This document shows, piece after piece, positions 9,101 through 18,757 of a stretch of 64,000 nucleotides of DNA. Both the position numbers and the translations under genes were made by a program. Numbering within the stretch: the stretch's first letter is position 1; every line of letters begins with the position of its first letter. Origin of the DNA: Kiritimatiellia bacterium (GTDB taxonomy: Bacteria > Verrucomicrobiota > Kiritimatiellia > RFP12 > UBA1067); contig JAFQYM010000013.1 of NCBI GenBank assembly GCA_017406465.1, forward strand, positions 490-64,489, read 5' to 3'. The notes under the pieces were generated by a model that was given only the letters and a program-made list of their open reading frames with translations, ran no database searches and was not told the DNA's origin.

Positions 9101-12100
9101 CGATATACGGCGGCGTTGCCGGTACTGGCGCGCTTAACGTCTCGGCGTCAAGCGGCCCTGCCATCGGAGCCAACAACGATACTTCATCGCATTTCGGCAC
9201 CCTGACAGTCTATGGCGGCAACGTAACGGCCAACGGCAGTTACTGCGGTATTGGCGGCGGGTACAACACGCCAGGCGGCGACGTGTATGTCTACGGCGGG
9301 ACGGTGATTGCGAACGGCGGTGGTTCCAGTGCCGCCGGCATTGGCGGGTATGGCTCTTCCAAGACGACTGGAACGCTGACGGTCGCCGAGAACGTCGTCG
9401 TCATGACGAAGACAAGCGATTACGGCGCAAGCTATGTCATGAAGCCGCATGGTGAGAACGGAGCAATCACACTGGAAGGTGAACAGTACTACAAGCTGAT
9501 CACGCCGAAAACAGCGACAGTTCCTTATCGGGATACAGATGGTGTCGTCAAGAATGCTACCTGTACGTTGGTCACTGCCGACATCAACAGTTTCGATGGC
9601 GGCTGGTATGCGGTAACTGGGGATCTTGATTTCGGGTCTGCTGGAATATTTATTTCCGGCGATGTGAAGCTTATTGTCGCCGATGGCGCTTCGCTCACAG
9701 TTGCAGGTCTGGCGGGCTCTCCCTACTCCGCGGGCATCAATGTTCCCGACGGTGCTTCGCTTACGGTTTATGGACAAGCTGAAGGCACGGGGGCAATAAC
9801 GGCAACCGGCGGTTCCTTCTCTGCGGGTATTGGCGGAGGATACCAGCAATCCGCGGGAACAATCACGATTAATGGTGGCAACATCACCGCAATCGGCAAC
9901 ACGCAATGGGCCGGCGGCGCAGGCATCGGCGGCGGCGGAAACAAGGGCAACGGCGGTACGGTCGTCATCAACGGCGGTAGAGTCGAGGCGACGGGCAACA
10001 ATGCTTCTGGCATCGGCAAAGGCAGTAACGGAACAAGCGAAGGAACGTTGACAGTCGATGCGTCTATGGTTGTCATGGCGGGGACAAATGCGACATCTGC
10101 CGTGGAGCTTCCTCGCGATGAGATTACCGGCACGGTCGAATTGTCCAGCGATAAAGTCAGGACGTATTTCTTGGTTGAGCGGACTGGCCCCAAGCCCTTG
10201 TCTCAGGTTTCTTCAACATTTGATGTCTACAAGGATGAGGCGGTCAATCTTTCGTTCGCCGATACGGTCAGCGGCGGCACGAAGCCTTATACGTTCGCGT
10301 ACAAGTCGGGCTCGCTGCCTATGGGCATTTCCAGCGCGACGTTCTCCGGAACGCCGACGGAAGCGGGAACGTTCGTGTTCGTCGTGACGGTTGCGGACTC
10401 TGGCGTAGATTCGGATGCGCAGAGCGAGGACTTCACCTACACACTCACAGTGACGGCGAAGCCGAAGGCGATTACCTACTACAACGGTGCTGACGAGATT
10501 ACAGGCCTCACGCCATCCAACTACGTCGAGGGCGTTGGTGAGACTCTGCCGACAACAGCACCTGCGGCGAGTGGCTACGAGCTGGAAGGGTGGTACACAA
10601 CATCTGAGTGCAATCCCGGCGACAAGGTTACCACGATTTCCGCCGAGGCGACGGGCGATCAGGTGTTTTACGCGAATTGGAAGGCGACTGTCTACAATGT
10701 CGTCTACATGAAGGATTCGACGACGCAGTTCGACGATCCCGCTCCTACGACATATACGGTCGAATCTGAAACGCTTGTCCTGCCGACGACTGCGGTAAAC
10801 GCGGGCAAGGCGTTCTATGGCTGGTACGAAAACTCTGGATGCCTAGGCACTCCCACAACGAGCATCCCGCACGGCTCGACAGGCGACAAGGTTTTCTACG
10901 CCAAGTGGGGTGCGGTGAAGAGCAACGAGACATACGTCAACGCCGCAGGGGCGGTTCAGCCTGCCGTGGAATGCGCTGAGATCGACTCTGATACGACAAC
11001 GCTTGAAACAGGCTGGTATATCGTGAAGGACGATGTGAGGATTACCACATTCGTCACGGTTTCGGGCGACGCCAGCATAATCCTTGCGGACGGCGCGACG
11101 CTTACGATAACGAGCGACAACAGCTACAAGGCGGGCATCAACGTTCTGAACGGAAACTCGCTGACAGTCTACTCCCAGACGGCGGCTGGGACTGGCGCTA
11201 TTGACGCAACGGGCGGCTCCCTGGCTGCCGGCATAGGTGGAGAATGGAATTGCAGCTCCGGAACGGTTACAATCAACGGCGGCAGCGTAACGGCAACCGG
11301 CGGAAACAACTGCGCAGGCATCGGCGGTGGAAGCAAGGGCAGCTGCGGAGTTGTTGTCGTGAACAACGGAACCGTGACGGCCAAGGGCGGCGATTTTGGT
11401 GCCGGCATTGGCGGTGGTTATGAGGGAAGCGGTGGAACTGTGACGATCAACGGCGGAACTGTTACTGCCTACAGCTCTGGTTATGGTGCCGGAATCGGCA
11501 AGGGCTATACTGGTAGTTCCAATGGCTCTCTTACAGTCGGTGCAAACATGGTGGTTGAGTCCGGCGATGACGTCGGATCGCTGACGGAGCTCGGAACAGG
11601 TGGCGCAATCACTCTGGATGGCCTGCGGTATTATGTCGTACGCAAGCCTGGCGTTGCGCCCCTTGCGCAGACGGCGAGTGCATTCGCCGCATACGTCGGC
11701 GAAGTCTTTGAGCTGAATCTTGACGATACGGTCCGTGGCGGTTCAGGTTCGTACTTGTTCACGCTCAAGGATTCCACGCTTCCTGCTTGGCTTACGCGCA
11801 CGAGCAACGTGCTATCCGGCACGCCGACGGCGGAAGGCGTCAGCTCGTTTACATTCACGGTCGAGGATTCCGTCGAGACGACTCTTGATGCGGAAGACTT
11901 TACATACACTGTCTCGGTGGAAATAAGGCCGCAGCCGATCACATACATGGACGGATATGAAGAGATGAAGGGTCTCGTTCCGTCCAACTACACCGAAGGC
12001 GTTGGTGTAGCGCTGCCTGAGACGGCGAGCAAGACGGGCTATCTCTTCCTCGGTTGGTACACTGCCGCCACGGGCGGCGAGAGGGTGTACTCGGTTTCCG

Positions 12101-15100
12101 CCGAGGCGACCGGTCCCCAGACGTTCTACGCGCATTGGACGACCGAATCTTACACGATTACCTACAAGGACGGAAACACAACGCTGACAGGTCTTGCGCC
12201 GACATACTACGACATCGAGACGGCGACGATTAACCTTCCGGAGCCGCTGGCACCAGAAGGGAAGGCGTTCGTGGGCTGGTTTACAGATCCAGACTTTAAC
12301 ACACAGGTGACGAGCATTCCCTCAGGCTCGACCGGCCACAAGACCTTCTACGTCAAGTGGCGCGATGCCGAGGCGGGCGAGGGCGAGATGCTTGTTTCGT
12401 TCGTCGACGGCAACGGTTCGCCGCGCGAGGAGATGTGCAAGGTGATGACGTCCGCCATGACGACGCTTGAAACGGGATGGTATGTGGTTAACAACGACCT
12501 CGCTATCAATTCTTCTGTAACGATTGACGGCAATGTCAATATAGTTCTTGTTGACGGAAAGACATTGACGGTGAACGCAAATAACGCCTGGGCGACAGCC
12601 GGTATTGCAGTCGCAGCCGGGAATTCGCTTTCGATATACGGTCAGGCAGAAGGTACAGGTTCGCTAAATGCTACTGGTGGCGATTATGGCGCGGGCATTG
12701 GCAGTGGATACAACAAGAACGCTGGAAATGTAACGATTAACGGCGGCACTGTCACTGCAACAGGCCATGATGGCTCGGGCATTGGAGCCGGCAGCGGCGG
12801 AGATGGCGGTACGGTCGTTATCAACCGCGGTACGGTTACGGCAACAGGCGGAGGCAGCGGCGCTGGTATTGGCGGCGACAGCGGCAACATCTGCAATGTC
12901 ACCATCAACGGCGGAAGCGTTGAGGCCAGAGGCGCTATGATGGCATCCGGAATTGGTGGCGGCTTCAACAAAGCTGGCGGCACGGTTACGATTGCCGGCG
13001 GCGAGGTCCTGGCTGTTGGTGGTAACATGGCGGCCGGCATCGGCGGCGGTTATATGGGGGCTGGCGGCACGGTGAACATCACCGGCGGTTCGGTGACGGC
13101 AACAGGTGGCGATGCCAATTCGTCCGGCATCGGCGGCGGCAATGGTTCTTCCAGTCATGGCGAGTTGACTGTCGGAGCGGGGCTGGTTGCTCGCGCCGGA
13201 GCGGGAGAGAATCCGTCGCAGGAGCTCGATCCGGTCGTGCCGGGCGCGGGACGCTACTATGTGATTGACGACGGCTCGACGCCGATTGGCCCGACGGTGT
13301 ACGAGATCAAGTACTACGATCACTACGACGAAATCCGCGGCCTCGATCCCTCGAACTACGTGGAAGGCGTGGGCGCGACGCTTGCGATACCCGTGAAGGC
13401 GGGATACGATTTCGTCGGCTGGTATCTGAATTCCAACTGCGAGGGTGAAAGCGTCACTGCGATTTCAGCCGATGCGACCGGAGTCCAGAGTTTCTACGCC
13501 AAGTGGGAGAAGACGCTGGCGCGTGCGGTGGTCGACTATCTCGACACGGACGGAGAGACGAAGTCCGTCGAATGCGCGATTGTCGATGCGGCGCGCAAGG
13601 ATATGACGAACGGCTGGTACGCCGTGACGAACAATGTCGCGTTCACCAAGGGCATGACGGCTACGAACGACGTCAAGCTGATTCTCGCAGACGGCGCGGC
13701 GCTGACGGTATCGAACAGCCGCATCGGCGAGGCAGGCGTCAACGTGCCTGCCGGCAGCTCGCTGACGATCTACGGCCAGTCCGAAGGCACGGGAACGCTG
13801 ACGGCGACCGGCTACGAGAGCGGCGCGGGCATCGGCGGCAACTCGCAGCGCGACGGCGGCGCGATCACAATCAACGGCGGATCGGTTACGGCTACGGGCG
13901 GTGCGCATGGCGCGGCCGGCATCGGCGGCGGATACAGCGGCTCGTGCGGCGCGGTGACGATCAACGGCGGCACGGTGACGGCGCGCGGCGGCAACAATGG
14001 CACGTTCGCGGGCGCGGGCATCGGCGGCGGCAATGACGGCAACGGCGGCGATGTCGTCCTCAACGGCGGCACGGTGACGGCCATCGGCGGCGGCACGGTT
14101 GCGGGCATCGGCGCCGGCAAACTCGGCACAGACAGGGGCACGCTAAAGGCGGGCGAGGGCGTGAACGTCTGGGCCGGTGCTAATGCCGATTCTGCGGAGG
14201 AACTCACGCAGAAGAAGGATGACGGATCATTCTGGATCTTCGGCACGTACAACTACTACTACGCCGAGATGGCGACGGCGGAGAGCGAGTTCAACATCTA
14301 TTACTACGATTCCGATGGTGAGACGCCGCTCGACCTCTCGCCTGCGAAGTATCAGAGCGGGACGGGCCTCGCCGAGCTTCCGACGCCTGATGCACGGACA
14401 GGCTACACGTTCGCGGGATGGTGGACGAGCCAGTGGGCGCATCTTGCCGAGCAGGTTACGGAAATCGCACCTGGTTCGACCGGCAACGTCACGATATACG
14501 CGAAGTGGACGCCGAACACCTATACGATCATATACGTGACCGATCCCATGGTCATTGAAGACCTCGGGCCTGTGAGCTATACATACGGTGTCGGTGTCGC
14601 TGAGCTGCCCGAGCCGGAATCATCCAATCCCTACTTGGTATTCGACGGATGGTATGAAAATTCCGTGAAGGTGACGTCGATCTCCGCAACGGCTGTCGGC
14701 GACAAGACGCTGACCGCCAGGTGGATTGAGGACGCGACGAAAATTACGTCCGTCACTTTCGTCGGTGCGGAAGGCTCTCAGACGGAATCCTGCCGCGTGC
14801 TCACGACGGACGTCACCGCGCTTGAGACGGGCTGGTACGTAGTCAACTCCGAACTTGACTACGGGGCGCATGGTCTTGCGGTTTCGGGCGACGTCAAGCT
14901 GGTGCTGGCGGACGGCGCGTCGCTGACGGCCACCGGAGCGAGCTATTCGCAGAAAGCCGGTATCAACGTGCCCGAAGGCGCGTCGCTTACGATCTACGCG
15001 CAGAGCGAAGGAACGGGCGAGCTGACCGTGGCGGGCGATCCCGAGAACATCGGCTATGCCGCCGGCATCGGCGGAAACGCGAACGAGTCCTGCGGCACGG

Positions 15101-18100
15101 TGACGATCTACGGCGGCATTGTGACGGCCTCCTCGAATGATGGCGGCGCCGGCATAGGCGGTGGCTACAAGGGACAAGGCGGCACGGTTGTCATCAACGG
15201 CGGCTTTGTGACGGCGACGAGCGGCGGCTACGGCGCGGGCATCGGCGGCGGAAAGGGCACGGTCGACAATGGCGGACACGGCGGTTCCGTGACCATCAAC
15301 GGCGGAACGGTCGTTGCGACGGCGGATGCCATGGCTGCGGGCATCGGCGGCGGCTATTATGGCGACGGCGGAACGGTGACCATCAACGGCGGTGTCGTGA
15401 CGGCGACTGGCGGACCCGGCGAATCTGGCATCGGAAAGGGTGCCGGAGCCGAAAACCAGGTTGTGCTCACGGTCGGCGGCGGAATCAGCGTGTTTGTCGG
15501 TGACAACGCGAACCCGTCCATCGACATACTTGAGGTCGATGAGCATGGTGTGGCCACGATGCCTTCGCGCCCCAAGCGGTATTACATCGTGAGTGCCGAT
15601 TCGGGCGATCCGGCGTTCGAGATCGTTGACGGCGTGCTTGTCGGAGTGAACATCAAGGGCAATGCCGACATTGTCATCCCCGACGGCGTGTTGGACATAG
15701 GCCAGCGTGTGTTCGAGGAAGAAACGGCGCTCGCGAGCGTCGTCATCCCGAACAGTGTGACGAACATCGGCTATTCTGCGTTTGAGGGCTGCACGTCTCT
15801 TACGAACGTGACGTTCGGCACGGGCTTGAAGGCGATAGGGTCTCATGCGTTCAACGGTTGCACAGAGCTGGAAGAGGTGACGATCCCCGGCAACGTCGAG
15901 CATGTCTGCGAAGGGGCGTTCTACGGCTGCTCCGGTCTCGTTTCGCTGACGATCGAGGAAGGCGTGAAGACGATCGACACCTATGCGTTCTACGGGTGTT
16001 CTGTCCTGACGGGCGATCCTGTGGACGGGCTTTACTTCCCGGACGGCTTGGAGGAGATCGGCGCTTCGGCGTTCATTTCCTGTCCTCAGCTTGCGAAGGT
16101 TTCCCTGCCGGGTTCGATGTACGAGCCGGGTGCTCCGATGTCGCAGGCGTTCGGGTCCGACACGGAAGTCGTCTATCGCACGACCGACCCTGTCTTCTAC
16201 ATCCTCGGCGACACGCTTTATTCGGTCGATACGAAGGGCAATGCCTCCGTCACGATACCCGGAACCGTGAAGAAGATCGGCACGGCCTCCTTCCGGAACA
16301 TCCCCACGCTTGAGCGCGTGACTGTTCCCGCCAGCGTGACGAACATTGCGTCGCTTGCGTTCTACGCCTGCTCCAATCTCGTTGAGGTGGCGATAGGGGA
16401 TGGCGTCGAGAGCATCGACAGCGACGCCTTCGCCGAATGCACGAGCCTGACGGACGTGACGATACCGGACAGCGTGGCGGTCATCGGCAGACGCGCGTTC
16501 AAGGACTGCACGGCGCTTGAAAGCGCGACCGTGCTTGCGGGCGATATCGGAGAGGATGCGTTCAACGGGTGCATGAACCTCGCGACGATCGTGCTTGGCG
16601 ATGGCGTGACAGGGATAGGCGATTCGGCGTTCCGCGGATGCATTCCGCTGACGTCCCTGGCGGTGCCCGGCAATGTCGCGGCGATTGGCAGCTCTGCGTT
16701 CTGGGGATGCTCGAACCTCGTTGAAGTCGTGATATCCAACGGCGTCAGCAAGACTATAGGCGACTGGGCGTTCAGCTCGTGCGAGAGCCTTGCGACGCTG
16801 TCGCTCGGCGAAGGCGTAGCATCCATCGGCGAGCGCGCGTTCATGAACTGCAGGGCCCTTGCCGCCCTTGCCATGCCCGACAGCGTCGAAACGGTCGGTG
16901 CGTCGGCATTCAGCGGCTGCAGCGGACTCGCAGCGCTGACATTCGGCAGCGGACTCAAGACGGTTGGGTCCGAGGCGTTCGACGGATGCTCTTCGCTCGA
17001 AAACGGTGTGGACGGACTCTACTTCCCCGACGGCCTTGAGTCGGTCGGAGCCGATGCGTTCAGGATGTGCAACAAGCTGACGAAGGTCTCGCTGCCGAGT
17101 TCGCAGTACGCCAACGGCACGATCCATCCAGCGTTCGACTACTGGCAGGTGACGGTGGACTATCGCGGCGTCGCGCCGGTGTTCTACGTCGATGCGGATG
17201 GCTTTATGCGCTCTGTTAATCTCAAGGGGGCCACTGAAATTACCATTCCTTCGACTGTGCATGATATGCAGATAGGTGCATTTGCCGAATCTGATACGCT
17301 CACGAGCGTTGTAATCCCGTCGCCCGTGACGAATATTGCCATGGGCGCGTTCCGTGCTTGCCCGAATCTTGGGCGCGTTACGATTTCCGAGGGAGTGAAG
17401 ACCATCGGCGAAAGTGCCTTCATGGGCTGCGCGAGCCTTGCAGAGCTGACAATTCCGAATGGCGTGACCGTCATTGGAGACATGGCATTCTGGCGCTGCA
17501 CGGCGCTTGAGAGCATCACTGTACCTAAAGGTGTGGACATAGGAATGTTTGCCTTCTACGGTTGCAGTTCAATGACCAGCGTCAATATCGCAGGAGAGGC
17601 GACGCGGATGAGGTTGTCGTCGAGAATGCTGCTTCGGGCTACATCGTCTAATCCAGACGCGACATCGGTTGGCGGCTTTGCATTCTATGAGTGCAGCAAC
17701 CTGACTAGTGCCACCATCGGCAGCGCGGTTGATGAGATTGGCGGAGGTGCGTTCGGCGCATGCCCGAAGCTAACCACCGTCACACTCCAGAACAACGATA
17801 ACTTTACGACGGACAACGGCATGCTTCTCACGAAGGACGGTGCAACGCTCGTCTCCGTGTATGGCAGCAACACGAGCGTGACGGTTCCGGAAGGTGTTGC
17901 GGCAATTAAGGAAGGCGCTTGTGCGGGAGGCGGTATGCTGCAGAGCGTCGTGCTGCCGAGTGGCGTGACGACAATCGGCGAGGCGGCGTTCTCGAACGCG
18001 ACGGCGTTTGCGACGATTACGATTCCGCAGACTGTGACGACGATTGGCGTGAATGCGTTCTATGGAACGGTGCTTGCAACGGTCAATGTCGCGAAGGGCG

Positions 18101-18597
18101 ACGCGGCACGCGTGAAGGCGCTTGTCGAGGGAACAGGCTATACGGCTGCGGTCACGTATGTCGAGCCTGGCGACGAGCCGACCGAGTGGCCCGAGGACAC
18201 TTCAACCGTTGCAAGCCAGACCGCCGCGGAGGCCTTCGGCATAACCGAAGGGCCGCTCACGAACGTCAACGCCAAGGCACTGGCCGACTGGGCGAAGGAT
18301 TCCGCGAAGGGCAATGTCAGCTATGCGGAGATTGGCAGCATCATTCCTGACGCGTTCCTGCTGAACTGCGCAAACACCGCAGCGGCGGTCGAGGCGGCCG
18401 AGGCAGTCGCCGAAGAAGCGATCAAGATCACAGCCATCACCTTCGATAGCGAAGGTAATCCTGTGCTCACCTGCCCTGAAGCCTACGGCAACGGTCAGGT
18501 TGTGATCAAGGGTTCGGTTGACATCGGTGCTTCCGCTTCTTGGCACAACAAGACGGCTGGCGACAGGTTCTTCAAGACTGTCCTTGAGTTGAAGTAA
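6175..18597 (+). CDS. Giant (~4140 aa) modular surface protein: Gly-rich AGIGGG modules, putative Ig domains, InlB B-like repeats and BspA-type LRRs
   Basis: GGAG SD before ATG 6175; signal peptide; 8 copies of a GWYVV...LILADGA...SLTIYGQ...AGIGGG module; F.GWY...TFYAKW repeats; IP.SVT.IG..AF..C..L repeats at about 15660-18070; C-terminus RFFKTVLELK. Confidence 0.9.
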   Translation: MIQRILGRLSSARSFVFAALALAGFTSFATDYIDATGNPASATCTQITSSTTTLETGWYVVEGPDPVSISSTITVNGDANLILADGAKLTVSVSESYKAGILVANDGTTVNTLTIWCQSGGTGELVVSGGFFAAGIGGDYATTDCGAVTIYGGSITATGNYGAGIGGGTGGAGGDVAINGGTVVARDGSSGDAAGIGRGAFSSKSQGTLTVSDKIEVLAGSSESTASLLTRNSDTGAVTISGQKWFFAGPQSLHQGATSFTAYSGAAGSAVNIDLTDTIKGGTGVYTFGLKDGSSLPEWLTLSGTTLSGTPVEEGSSTFTFVVEDTSEPKLSLEATYTVVVKDRYSITYKDGESTLSLYPTNYIKGTGVSTLPTPTKASHEFQGWFTNALFAGTQFTSISTTDSGDFTFYSKWLQLTTGDVSVTFVGEGSAPITKTCTIVESSMTTLSDTGSTEGWYVVYNNVAFNSSVTISGNVKLVLMDGKTMTAEIPNGSSISKAAITVTPGNSLTIYGQANGSGRIEATATSISAGIGGGWSQDCGSVTINGGTVIAKSTSGGPGIGGGYQKAGGTVTINGGTVIATGASSTYPGIGGGGSSYEQGKLYVGANVVVKAGSSSTLTDANIQPHVDGQIDLTTCYQYYSAETVGPAPLVQINSAFSAYIGEAFELSLLGTVSGGTDPYSFTIKTPASLPSWLSRTGDTLSGTPAAVGDSCELTFTVADSGSSAQNAEFTYTITVTALPKPITYMNGTVEITGLTPSNYVEGVGATLPTTAPAASGYELEGWYLTPACDGEKVTAISAEATGPQTFYANWAPIEYTITYKDSETLTDLPASALPANAPTTYTIEAATMLPATATKAGKGFYGWYLTSACTGDPETSISAGQTGPKTFYAKWGIAKSNETYIDASGHEQVVECTEIGSDTTSLATGWYVVKGNVSTYSKVTVSGNVNLILADDAVYTVSVSSYGEAIMIKGDNSLTIYGGVAGTGALNVSASSGPAIGANNDTSSHFGTLTVYGGNVTANGSYCGIGGGYNTPGGDVYVYGGTVIANGGGSSAAGIGGYGSSKTTGTLTVAENVVVMTKTSDYGASYVMKPHGENGAITLEGEQYYKLITPKTATVPYRDTDGVVKNATCTLVTADINSFDGGWYAVTGDLDFGSAGIFISGDVKLIVADGASLTVAGLAGSPYSAGINVPDGASLTVYGQAEGTGAITATGGSFSAGIGGGYQQSAGTITINGGNITAIGNTQWAGGAGIGGGGNKGNGGTVVINGGRVEATGNNASGIGKGSNGTSEGTLTVDASMVVMAGTNATSAVELPRDEITGTVELSSDKVRTYFLVERTGPKPLSQVSSTFDVYKDEAVNLSFADTVSGGTKPYTFAYKSGSLPMGISSATFSGTPTEAGTFVFVVTVADSGVDSDAQSEDFTYTLTVTAKPKAITYYNGADEITGLTPSNYVEGVGETLPTTAPAASGYELEGWYTTSECNPGDKVTTISAEATGDQVFYANWKATVYNVVYMKDSTTQFDDPAPTTYTVESETLVLPTTAVNAGKAFYGWYENSGCLGTPTTSIPHGSTGDKVFYAKWGAVKSNETYVNAAGAVQPAVECAEIDSDTTTLETGWYIVKDDVRITTFVTVSGDASIILADGATLTITSDNSYKAGINVLNGNSLTVYSQTAAGTGAIDATGGSLAAGIGGEWNCSSGTVTINGGSVTATGGNNCAGIGGGSKGSCGVVVVNNGTVTAKGGDFGAGIGGGYEGSGGTVTINGGTVTAYSSGYGAGIGKGYTGSSNGSLTVGANMVVESGDDVGSLTELGTGGAITLDGLRYYVVRKPGVAPLAQTASAFAAYVGEVFELNLDDTVRGGSGSYLFTLKDSTLPAWLTRTSNVLSGTPTAEGVSSFTFTVEDSVETTLDAEDFTYTVSVEIRPQPITYMDGYEEMKGLVPSNYTEGVGVALPETASKTGYLFLGWYTAATGGERVYSVSAEATGPQTFYAHWTTESYTITYKDGNTTLTGLAPTYYDIETATINLPEPLAPEGKAFVGWFTDPDFNTQVTSIPSGSTGHKTFYVKWRDAEAGEGEMLVSFVDGNGSPREEMCKVMTSAMTTLETGWYVVNNDLAINSSVTIDGNVNIVLVDGKTLTVNANNAWATAGIAVAAGNSLSIYGQAEGTGSLNATGGDYGAGIGSGYNKNAGNVTINGGTVTATGHDGSGIGAGSGGDGGTVVINRGTVTATGGGSGAGIGGDSGNICNVTINGGSVEARGAMMASGIGGGFNKAGGTVTIAGGEVLAVGGNMAAGIGGGYMGAGGTVNITGGSVTATGGDANSSGIGGGNGSSSHGELTVGAGLVARAGAGENPSQELDPVVPGAGRYYVIDDGSTPIGPTVYEIKYYDHYDEIRGLDPSNYVEGVGATLAIPVKAGYDFVGWYLNSNCEGESVTAISADATGVQSFYAKWEKTLARAVVDYLDTDGETKSVECAIVDAARKDMTNGWYAVTNNVAFTKGMTATNDVKLILADGAALTVSNSRIGEAGVNVPAGSSLTIYGQSEGTGTLTATGYESGAGIGGNSQRDGGAITINGGSVTATGGAHGAAGIGGGYSGSCGAVTINGGTVTARGGNNGTFAGAGIGGGNDGNGGDVVLNGGTVTAIGGGTVAGIGAGKLGTDRGTLKAGEGVNVWAGANADSAEELTQKKDDGSFWIFGTYNYYYAEMATAESEFNIYYYDSDGETPLDLSPAKYQSGTGLAELPTPDARTGYTFAGWWTSQWAHLAEQVTEIAPGSTGNVTIYAKWTPNTYTIIYVTDPMVIEDLGPVSYTYGVGVAELPEPESSNPYLVFDGWYENSVKVTSISATAVGDKTLTARWIEDATKITSVTFVGAEGSQTESCRVLTTDVTALETGWYVVNSELDYGAHGLAVSGDVKLVLADGASLTATGASYSQKAGINVPEGASLTIYAQSEGTGELTVAGDPENIGYAAGIGGNANESCGTVTIYGGIVTASSNDGGAGIGGGYKGQGGTVVINGGFVTATSGGYGAGIGGGKGTVDNGGHGGSVTINGGTVVATADAMAAGIGGGYYGDGGTVTINGGVVTATGGPGESGIGKGAGAENQVVLTVGGGISVFVGDNANPSIDILEVDEHGVATMPSRPKRYYIVSADSGDPAFEIVDGVLVGVNIKGNADIVIPDGVLDIGQRVFEEETALASVVIPNSVTNIGYSAFEGCTSLTNVTFGTGLKAIGSHAFNGCTELEEVTIPGNVEHVCEGAFYGCSGLVSLTIEEGVKTIDTYAFYGCSVLTGDPVDGLYFPDGLEEIGASAFISCPQLAKVSLPGSMYEPGAPMSQAFGSDTEVVYRTTDPVFYILGDTLYSVDTKGNASVTIPGTVKKIGTASFRNIPTLERVTVPASVTNIASLAFYACSNLVEVAIGDGVESIDSDAFAECTSLTDVTIPDSVAVIGRRAFKDCTALESATVLAGDIGEDAFNGCMNLATIVLGDGVTGIGDSAFRGCIPLTSLAVPGNVAAIGSSAFWGCSNLVEVVISNGVSKTIGDWAFSSCESLATLSLGEGVASIGERAFMNCRALAALAMPDSVETVGASAFSGCSGLAALTFGSGLKTVGSEAFDGCSSLENGVDGLYFPDGLESVGADAFRMCNKLTKVSLPSSQYANGTIHPAFDYWQVTVDYRGVAPVFYVDADGFMRSVNLKGATEITIPSTVHDMQIGAFAESDTLTSVVIPSPVTNIAMGAFRACPNLGRVTISEGVKTIGESAFMGCASLAELTIPNGVTVIGDMAFWRCTALESITVPKGVDIGMFAFYGCSSMTSVNIAGEATRMRLSSRMLLRATSSNPDATSVGGFAFYECSNLTSATIGSAVDEIGGGAFGACPKLTTVTLQNNDNFTTDNGMLLTKDGATLVSVYGSNTSVTVPEGVAAIKEGACAGGGMLQSVVLPSGVTTIGEAAFSNATAFATITIPQTVTTIGVNAFYGTVLATVNVAKGDAARVKALVEGTGYTAAVTYVEPGDEPTEWPEDTSTVASQTAAEAFGITEGPLTNVNAKALADWAKDSAKGNVSYAEIGSIIPDAFLLNCANTAAAVEAAEAVAEEAIKITAITFDSEGNPVLTCPEAYGNGQVVIKGSVDIGASASWHNKTAGDRFFKTVLELK

Positions 18598-18624
18598 CGG
18601 TCTCGTAGGCTGTATGCTGACATC

Positions 18625-18658
18625 GGGAGGGGCGCGGCGAAAATGCCGCGCCTCTTCT
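18625..18658 (+). terminator. Stem-loop, possible terminator of the giant gene
   Basis: GGGAGGGGCGCGGC-gaaaat-GCCGCGCCTCTTCT; weak U tail. Confidence 0.5.
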
Positions 18659-18713
18659 CGTCTCGTGGTCGTGTGATTCGTGCGTGTATGACAGTGCCGC
18701 GAATGTGCTTTTT

Positions 18714-18722
18714 TGGTATAAT
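18714..18722 (+). promoter_or_regulatory. Extended -10 promoter for the galM/LPS operon
   Basis: TGGTATAAT followed by AAGGAG SD before ATG 18758. Confidence 0.65.
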
Positions 18723-18757
18723 ATCTCCCAAACGGCAAATCTTTTAAAGGAGATAAA

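Noticed and set aside
8425-10595. Diversity-generating retroelement TR/VR pair
   Set aside because: Both copies are in-frame parts of one gene, mismatches are not confined to adenines, and no reverse transcriptase is present
14620-17262. Long antisense or alternative-frame ORFs (e.g. 880 aa here, 3495..5534, 36133..37926, 46767..48713)
   Set aside because: Shadows of well-supported genes in high-GC DNA; Arg-rich with no family motifs
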